Assembly (NCBI GenBank): GCA_965263295.1
Contig: OZ253665.1
Span: forward strand, 1,888,001 to 1,952,000
Length of the DNA stretch: 64,000 nucleotides
DNA from: Spirochaetia bacterium
GTDB taxonomy: Bacteria > Spirochaetota > Spirochaetia > SP-2023
Direction: 5' to 3'
The translations under genes and the position numbers were made by a program. Shown piece after piece: positions 24,983 through 31,921 of the stretch. The notes under the pieces were generated by a model. It had not been told where the DNA came from, did no database searches, and was given only the letters and a program-made list of their open reading frames with translations. Position 1 is the first letter of the stretch. Every line of letters begins with the position of its first letter.

Positions 24983-25595
24983 GAAAAAATACCTCCAAAC
25001 CCAATTCTAAATCTATCCAACATATTTTGCAAACCAGATTTTGGTTCCCTCAGAATCCCTGGCCCCGTAACCACGAACAACACCAAAAATTCTAAAACAC
25101 CGCCCCTGCTGCCTCGACGCCCCCCCACGCCTCCCGTGTGTGGGGGGGCATGAAGAATGAAAAAGCAGGAATTGAGCAGAAAAGTTGCAGGATGCCTTGT
25201 ATTTAGGGCTTTCAAAGGGTGGATGTGGGGCGTTTAAGTTTGAAAAAAATTGCAGGTTTTTGCTGTTTTCTTGGAGAAATTTGTAAAAAACTTGCAGAAA
25301 TTTGCAGCCGTTTTTACTGATTTTCCGGGTGCGGTTTCGGCTTTCTGTGGCGACCGACCGAGAGTGCCCCGGCCAGCTTTTGCCAAATGACAGACTTTGC
25401 GGGCGGTGCTAGCGATATCGAAATGCGTGGAGTACGATGAGTGCGGCAGCCATAAATACTTGGTCGCTGATTTCATGGCCAGAGCTGCGCTCGTAGATAG
25501 CCCAGACTGCGACGGCTGTAAACATTATTGCGGTGCCCATGGGGTTCGTTCTCTGTTTTTAAATGCCATAGGCTACGCTATGGCTTTGGGTTGTG

Positions 25596-25748
25596 CTAAA
25601 ACGGAGAAACCAACAGCGTGATTAGATGCGAAGCATTTTCTTCGTGGCGTTTGGCATTGCCGATACGGATTACGCGATAACCACTATTTTCAAGTAGTGT
25701 CGCAAGCTTGAGCAGTTCGCTGGGTTCCTTGCTATTTTCGTTATTCAT
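25596..25748 (-). CDS. Small hypothetical phage protein (50 aa, MNNENSKEPSELL...)
   Basis: AAGGAG RBS and ATG at 25748; read by hand, below the ORF-track cutoff. Confidence 0.45.
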   Translation of the reverse strand: MNNENSKEPSELLKLATLLENSGYRVIRIGNAKRHEENASHLITLLVSPF

Positions 25749-25782
25749 ATATACTCCTTGCCAGATGTTCTTGAGATGATCT

Positions 25783-25923
25783 TCAAAATGCTTTAGTACA
25801 GTGGCAGTTCCAGTCAGCGGGAGGCAGGAACGTGCCCCAGGGCCTATCTGTTGGTTTAAGCTGGTTTGCCTTATTTTCTCCTGGCTCTTGTTTCTCCGAG
25901 AGCTTAATCTCTGTGTTTTGCAT
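25783..25923 (-). CDS. 46-aa protein with MuF-like PPxxWNCxC motif
   Basis: AAGGAG RBS, MQNTEIK...DRPWGTFLPPADWNCHC. Confidence 0.45.
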   Translation of the reverse strand: MQNTEIKLSEKQEPGENKANQLKPTDRPWGTFLPPADWNCHCTKAF

Positions 25924-25940
25924 AAATTTCTCCTTGCCGC

Positions 25941-25969
25941 TTGTCAGGGCGGGCTTTGTGTGATACATT
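25941..25969 (+). promoter_or_regulatory. Sigma70 promoter for the tRNA-like RNA
   Basis: TTGTCA-N17-TACATT with extended -10 TG. Confidence 0.5.
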
Positions 25970-25975
25970 GGCTAT

Positions 25976-26064
25976 ATAAGCCCTGTGGTAAGTACGCTAG
26001 TTGGTAAGCGGGCCCAATCAACGATGGCTAGATGCCGTTCAAATCGGACCGTCACGGGGTTTAT
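25976..26064 (+). ncRNA. tRNA-like small RNA or decayed tRNA
   Basis: D arm CGCT-AGTTGGTA-AGCG, T loop CCG-TTCAAAT-CGG, 13-bp closing stem, then T-run. Confidence 0.5.
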
Positions 26065-26975
26065 TTTTTATATAATGCATTGCCAACTGATTCCTCCGTT
26101 TCCCCTAGTCTGACCTTGGTAAAGCTTACCAGTTGTAGTGGCCGCCCGTTGTTCTGGCGAAATACCACACGGGCCTCGTGATGCCTGTTTAGTTTATAGG
26201 TAAATAGCCATTCGCCGCCGTCACGGTAAATTGCGTCTGGGTTCGCCAGGTGGCGCGGCATGGCGCCGATTTCCTTGATTGTCAGGTCTCGGTCGGGGTT
26301 AAAGTCGCCTTTCTTTCCTCCGCGTCCCCGACTGCCGTGGCGCAGGGCTTTGTCGCTCGCCATAAGCTTGGGGTCGAAGTCCATGACGTCCATAACTTGC
26401 TGCGCGAGTGTGGCCATGTGCACGGGAATTTCGGTGGTGCCGTGCTTTTCCTCGATCACCGTGCGGCTGTATTTTTGCCATGCTCCATGGCTCATCTGTA
26501 CTTTGGCCATCTCGTCGCGGTAGTTTTGCATTACGCCGCGCAGGGCGCCGGCCTTGCGCAGGCCCTTGTAGGTTTTCCAGTTGGGTGCCAGGGCTTCCTT
26601 GGCTGGGTTATAGGCCCAGGCGGGGTCAAGCTGTGGTGCTCCTTCTTGTGGCGTGGGCAGGGTCTTTTTGGCGCCCTTTGCCCATTCTGCGTCGGCTTGC
26701 TCCTGGGTTAGTGGGCTGCGATAACAGGCGCAGCGCCAGCCGTTGGGCGGGCAGATTACATCCCAGGCCGGGTCGTCGGCTTTGAGGATCATGTTATGCC
26801 AGGCTGCGTGGCTCTGACGTTTGTTTTTTCTTTGCCGCTGCTTGTATTGCCAATAGGGATAGATGTGTTGCACGCTCCACAGCTTGCGGGTCTGGCCGGC
26901 ACTGTAGGCGGTGAGCTGGTTTTGCTCGTAGATGATGCGGATGCGCCAGTTGATGTAGTTCTGGGCCGGCAGTTT
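26061..26975 (-). pseudogene. 5'-truncated MuF/SPP1-gp7 head morphogenesis protein with C-terminal putative nuclease (PBECR-like) domain
   Basis: RIIYEQNQLTAYSAG, RQSHAAWH, DDPAW...PPNGWRCAC; C-terminal LRH...LTIKEIGAMPRHLANPDAIYRD. Confidence 0.7.
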
Positions 26976-28091
26976 GTGCTGGCGATTCCCAAGGCTTACG
27001 CCTTTGCCGTGGCCAACTGGGCCGTGATCGGCCCCATGATCGCGATCACCGTGGGAATAGCCGCCGTCATCGCCATTGGCGTGCTGCTGATAAAACATTG
27101 GGACACAGTCAAAGCCTTTGGCGCCAAGGTATGGAATGGGATTGTTTACGGGGTACAAACCGCAATTACCTGGTTCAGCAACTTGCTGAATAACCCATTC
27201 TTTGCGGGTGTCGGGGTTTTATTCGCTCCCTGGATAACTATACCGGCTTTGGTTGTCAAAATAATCATGGCCCACTGGGAGCCGATCAAGGCGTTTTTTG
27301 CGGCCGTCTGGGATGGGATCACGTTGGGCGCGCGGGCCGCCTGGGCTTTTGTTGTGGGTGTTTTTAGTCCCGTTGGCAATGCCATTGTCGCCGCATGGCA
27401 GCCCGCAAAGGCTTTTTTCATTGGGATGTGGGATGCCGTATTGTTTGCACTGCACGGCGTCGGGGCTTTCTTTAACGGGGTTTTTGCGGCTATCGCGGGC
27501 AGGCTTATTGCCGTGTGGCAGCCCGCCAAGGCGTTCTTTGTGGGCATGTGGGATGCGGTATTGCTTGTGCTGCACAGCGTCGGGGGCTTTTTTAGCGGGA
27601 CTTTCGCGGCTATCGCGCAGGGGATTATTACGGCCTGGCAGCCGGTAAAGGCCTTCTTTGCCGCATTGTTTGAGCCCATTAATAAGGTGGTGAGCAGCGC
27701 CAGTTCCGCCTGGAAATGGCTTGTGGGCGGCAATACCGAAGGAGCAGGCGGCGGCCAAGCCGTGCCTGACAATGTCAAGAAATTTGGCGCTGGGGGCTAT
27801 ACTGGTCCGGGCGGGGCCAGTCAGGTGGCGGGCGTGGTGCACGCGGGCGAATATGTGTTCTCGCAAAGTGCGGTGGACACGATCGGGCTGGGCAACCTCG
27901 ATTATCTACACAAACATCCGGGGCCGATTCAATTCGCCCAGGGAATTGGCGCGGCGGAAGGCCCCGCGCCGAGCGGCGGTGGCAACGGGAACATATCCAT
28001 TCACATCGAAAACTTGACAGTCAATGCAGACGAGATTGAGGAAATCGGCGACTTTGTGCGCTTGCTGATGCGGGCCGGGGGTGCGGCGTGA
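26976..28091 (+). pseudogene. C-terminal part of a phage tail tape-measure protein
   Basis: Periodic W..VKAFF..W repeats and FGAGGYTGPGG...AGVVHAGEYVF motif; no native start. Confidence 0.78.
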
Positions 28092-28696
28092 TCTTGAGTT
28101 CAATGCCCGAAGAAAAGGCCCTATTGCTCAACGATGTCGTGGTGCCGGGCATAGAGGTCTCGTGCTCCTTTGACGGGAGGGCGCAGGTTGACCGCTCCCG
28201 GTGGAAAGACGGCGGGCGTGATTTTACCCTGAATGGCTTTGACCCGGTGGAGTTTTCTGTAAACCTTAAAATTGTGGATGAACAGGCCCCAGGTCAAGTA
28301 ACAGATCAGTCAACGAGTCACGGCGGCAAGAGTCGGGAAGACCTGCTCGCCGAGGTCATCGCCCTGTTTCGCAAGACCGAGAACGGCGGCCAGCCGGTGC
28401 AATACGAGATACTGCTGCCGGAGGCAAGGGCCTGGGGCATCAAGCGCTGTTATCTTCTGAGTATGAGCAGCGCTCGCGGCAGCAAGCTGGTCTACGATGT
28501 GAGCCTCAAGTTTGTGGAGTTCAACCCTGAGATTGACAGGATCACCAAGCAGCAGAAGAAAAAACAGGCGGCCAAAAGCGCGCCAAAGCCTCCCTCAAGC
28601 GGCGATGCGGCCACGACCGCCGAGCGGAAACAGTTTGACGAGCATGCGGAGATATGGAGGCGCCATGATCCAAGTCTGCGCCAGGATATTTATTAG
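28088..28696 (+). CDS. Phage tail-associated protein following tape measure
   Basis: GTGA overlap with the tape-measure stop; 202 aa. Confidence 0.55.
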   Translation: MILSSMPEEKALLLNDVVVPGIEVSCSFDGRAQVDRSRWKDGGRDFTLNGFDPVEFSVNLKIVDEQAPGQVTDQSTSHGGKSREDLLAEVIALFRKTENGGQPVQYEILLPEARAWGIKRCYLLSMSSARGSKLVYDVSLKFVEFNPEIDRITKQQKKKQAAKSAPKPPSSGDAATTAERKQFDEHAEIWRRHDPSLRQDIY

Positions 28697-28718
28697 CCTT
28701 TAAATATTGGAGGATACA

Positions 28719-29819
28719 ATGGAAGTGCGAATATTACGGGATGGCGAGGATACGGGTTATAAGTACCTGAGCTGCCGCCTATCGGCCACCGTGGATTTGG
28801 TTAGCCAGCGCTGCGATCTCTACCTGAGCCGCGAGGCTGATTTTGCCGTAGGTCAGGAGCTAGGCATTGAGGGAGGCGGCGTGCGGCTGTTTAGCGCCCC
28901 GGTGGTGAAGGTGGGGCCAGGGCGGCACAACCAGTTGCGCATTATAGCCTTTGCGGCGCTGGATGAGGTGGTGCACGTGAATTACCACCAGGAGGATGCG
29001 GCCAATATCCTTTCGGACATAATTGAGAAGCACAACTACAAGAGCACGGACAAGCGCATGGACTTTGCGTTAAGGGGTGAGCGCATGAGCCTGCTGCACC
29101 ACTGGCTCGACACTGTGGCTCCAGACAAAGAAGCCTTTATGGACGCCGAAGGGGTCTTACAGGTGGGGCTGGAGCCAGGCAGTACGGTGCATTTGGGCAA
29201 GCTGATAGAGGAACACGGAGACTGGCAGGAATACCGCGCCGTGCCGGTGCTTTTGGGCTGGGTATCGGGTCAGGGCATCGTAAGGGGTCTAGAGTACGCG
29301 CTCAAGCCGACGCGGGAGCGCCTGCGCATCTGGTGGGGTGAATTAAAGGAGAGTGCAAAAGACTTTTCTGTTAAAAGTAGCCTGAAAAAAGCCTTTGAGG
29401 CGACCAAGGACGCTATTTTAGGGCCAGGAAGTATCGGAAACTTTAGCAACAAGACAATTTATGCTATTATGAACGACAGGGTTGGCGGCCATCCGCTAGA
29501 AAGCCTGGTGCGCCCAGTCCCTTCGGGCACGATCTTGCAAGGCTATATAGACGGCGTGGTTGATGTGGAAGGTTATCAAGTTTATAAGATGAATGAAAAT
29601 ACCAATTTAACTTTTGATGGTGATTTTCAGGTTCTGCAGCCCGATGACAAAGTAGAGATACATTTGAAGAATATAAAAGTTATAATGGGGGAGAATAACG
29701 ATGGATATGGCCTATACCGTGACATGCTAAGGAGCAGTAACTTTCAGCATGTCTACACTGGCCAGTTGTCAATAGCCATGTATAGTTGGTGGTCTGCAGC
29801 TCAAAAACACGGGGGATAG
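28719..29819 (+). CDS. Phage tail/baseplate hub-like protein fused to an unrelated AT-richer C-terminus
   Basis: GGAGG RBS; gene order; composition shift at ~29340. Confidence 0.5.
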   Translation: MEVRILRDGEDTGYKYLSCRLSATVDLVSQRCDLYLSREADFAVGQELGIEGGGVRLFSAPVVKVGPGRHNQLRIIAFAALDEVVHVNYHQEDAANILSDIIEKHNYKSTDKRMDFALRGERMSLLHHWLDTVAPDKEAFMDAEGVLQVGLEPGSTVHLGKLIEEHGDWQEYRAVPVLLGWVSGQGIVRGLEYALKPTRERLRIWWGELKESAKDFSVKSSLKKAFEATKDAILGPGSIGNFSNKTIYAIMNDRVGGHPLESLVRPVPSGTILQGYIDGVVDVEGYQVYKMNENTNLTFDGDFQVLQPDDKVEIHLKNIKVIMGENNDGYGLYRDMLRSSNFQHVYTGQLSIAMYSWWSAAQKHGG

Positions 29820-29821
29820 TA

Positions 29822-30049
29822 ATGCTTAAAATCCATAAAAAAAATATTTTACAATTATCGTATGTTTACTGGTTAGGACTATATCCGTTCATTCTATTAT
29901 TGGCATTCGAATGGGTTCCTATTGTGCTGCTAGCGGTTGTTATAACCGTTCTTTTGGTTTTTAATAGAAAGTATATCAAGGTCTTAGCTATAAAAACAAA
30001 CTTGATAATGCTTGTATTTTGGCTGTTAATTATAGTTATCTTTGGCTAG
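29822..30049 (+). CDS. Small AT-rich membrane protein (75 aa)
   Basis: Almost entirely hydrophobic; starts 2 nt after the previous stop. Confidence 0.5.
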   Translation: MLKIHKKNILQLSYVYWLGLYPFILLLAFEWVPIVLLAVVITVLLVFNRKYIKVLAIKTNLIMLVFWLLIIVIFG

Positions 30050-30082
30050 TGACTATAGTTACCTAAGGCTTCTTAATATATT

Positions 30083-30430
30083 ATGCCTCCCGATGATACC
30101 CTAGCCCCACTGTACCGCAGCTGGCTCAATTCCGCGATGCCCAAACGCCAGGGGCCAGAGCTGGGCAAGGTGCAAAGCAGTACCTGCAGTGCCCAGGAAT
30201 ACACCTGCGCCGTAAAGCTGCTGGAGCCAGATAGCCTGGCCGAAACTGGAACCGAGCTAAGCGGCGTCAGCATCAACCCGCTGTGGGCCGACTCGCACGG
30301 GTCGGGTATCTATGTCCCACCAGAAAACGGCCAGATTGTGGTGATTGGCTACCTGGGCATGGATCGCAGTCATCCCTTTGTCTCGGCAATCTGGGGTGGC
30401 CAGACCCCCAATTTGCGCCCCAGCTGCCCC
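30083..30430 (+). pseudogene. Baseplate spike (gpV/Gp45-like) N-terminus truncated by a repeat element
   Basis: GSGIYVPPENGQIVVIGYLGMDRSHPFV OB-fold-like motif; reads into a B arm. Confidence 0.65.
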
Positions 30431-30432
30431 GC

Positions 30433-31832
30433 TGCGGCTCCCCTGCCTAAATTTCGTGACCTTTCGTTATTTTTCGTGCCCTTTCGTGGTCCCCCTTTAA
30501 AAGTCTCTGGCCGAGTAACCACGAAAAACACCAAAAAAGTACGAAACAACACGAAAAATTCTAAAACACCGCGCCTGCTGCCTGGACGCCCTTCTTGGCT
30601 GCCGTCCCCTTTTTTAACCGTTTTCCTGCCCTCCACAGCTCCCGTTGCCCATTCGGCCCCCTTTTCTGCTTTCCCCTGGCGCCCACAGATCCCCCGTCTA
30701 GATTTCGTGCCTTTTCGCCCTATTTCGTGCCCTTTCGTGGTCCCCCTTTCGCCACCTTTCGTGCAATTCGTGGTCCCCATCGTTCCACCCACGGCCCCCC
30801 CCGTCTAGATTTCGTGCCTTTTCGCCCTATTTCGTGCCCTTTCGTGGTCCCCCTTTCGCCACCTTTCGTGCTTTTCGTGGTTCCCTTTCACAGTCCCTGG
30901 CCGAGTAACCACGAACAACACAAAAAAAAGTACGAAACGACACGAAAATTCTAAAACACCGCGCCTGCTGCCTGGACGCCCTTCTTGGCTGCCGTCCCCT
31001 TTTTTAACCGTTTTCCTGCCCTCCACAGCTCCCGTTGCCCATTCGGCCCCCTTTTCTGCTTTCCCCTGGCGCCCACAGATCCCCCGTCTAGATTTCGTGC
31101 CTTTTCGCCCTATTTCGTGCCCTTTCGTGGTCCCCCTTTCGCCCTCTTTCGTGCAATTCGTGGTTCCCTTTCACAGTCCCTGGCCGAGTAACCACGAAAT
31201 ACACTAAAAAATACGAACGACACGAAAAATCCTAAAACACCGCCCCTGCTACCTGAACGCCCCCCCACGCCTCCCGTCATCCTTTTTCCTGCCCCCCCCC
31301 TGCCACCCACAGCTCCCCCGTCTAAATTTCGTGACCTTTCGCTGTCTTCGTGCTTTTCGTGGTCACCTTTTCGCCCTCTTTCGTGCACTTTCGTGGTTCC
31401 CCCTTTAAAGTTCCCCTGTCACCCACAGCCCCCCATCGTTTCACCCGCGGCTCCCCAGCCTAACTTTCGTGACCTTTCGCTGTCTTCGTGCTTTTCGTGG
31501 TCACCTTTTCGCCCTCTTTCGTGCACTTTCGTGGTTCCCCCTTTAAAGTTCCCCTGTCACCCACAGCCCCCCATCGTTTCACCCGCGGCTCCCCAGCCTA
31601 ACTTTCGTGACCTTTCGCTGTCTTCGTGCTTTTCGTGGTCACCTTTTCGCCCTCTTTCGTGCACTTTCGTGGTTCCCCCTTTAAAGTTCCCCTGTCACCC
31701 ACAGCCCCCCATCGTTTCACCCGCGGCTCCCCAGCCTAACTTTCGTGACCTTTCGCTGTCTTCGTGCCCTTTCGTGGTTACTATTTCGTGCCTTTTCGCC
31801 ACTTTTCGTGTAATTTCGTGGTTCCTTTCGTG
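30433..31832 (+). repeat. Array of inverted-arm elements, including 3 x 138-bp exact tandem units (31327-31740)
   Basis: A arms near 30516, 30906, 31189; unit starts 31327, 31465, 31603. Confidence 0.9.
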
Positions 31833-31837
31833 ATCCC

Positions 31838-31879
31838 ACAAAAAAAACGCCGCCCACTGTCTTTCGACAGGAGGCGGCG
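31838..31879 (-). terminator. Terminator nearly identical to that at 16398
   Basis: CGCCGCC-TC-CTGTC-GAAA-GACAG-TG-GGCGGCG plus T-run. Confidence 0.85.
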
Positions 31880-31921
31880 CGGCGTAGGCAAAAAGGCTAA
31901 CGCGAAAAGTTAATTACCCAA

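Larger units (their letters stand above)
18665..25136. repeat. Tandem cassette array: inverted-arm elements alternating with 8 coiled-coil gene cassettes
   Basis: Each gene stop abuts a B arm (TTCGTGGTCCC|CTA) and each promoter region abuts CCTGGCC..TAACCACGAA. Confidence 0.9.
25137..30430. mobile_element. Rearranged prophage remnant (Mu-like/myovirus head and tail genes)
   Basis: MuF, tape-measure, tail and baseplate fragments; higher GC; no integrase, transposase, capsid or terminase seen. Confidence 0.75.

Noticed and set aside
19206..25010. Plus-strand ORFs MAVSDHL.../MRLHRLKTL... in each cassette
   Set aside because: Antisense shadows of the heptad repeats; RBS and promoter support the minus strand
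18665..25136. Canonical integron with attC sites
   Set aside because: No IntI tyrosine recombinase in the window; arms lack a consistent RYYYAAC/GTTRRRY arrangement relative to the genes; cassettes carry their own promoters. Only an analogy
25137..30430. Intact prophage or functional tailocin
   Set aside because: Key genes are truncated and there is no sheath, tube, capsid, terminase or integrase
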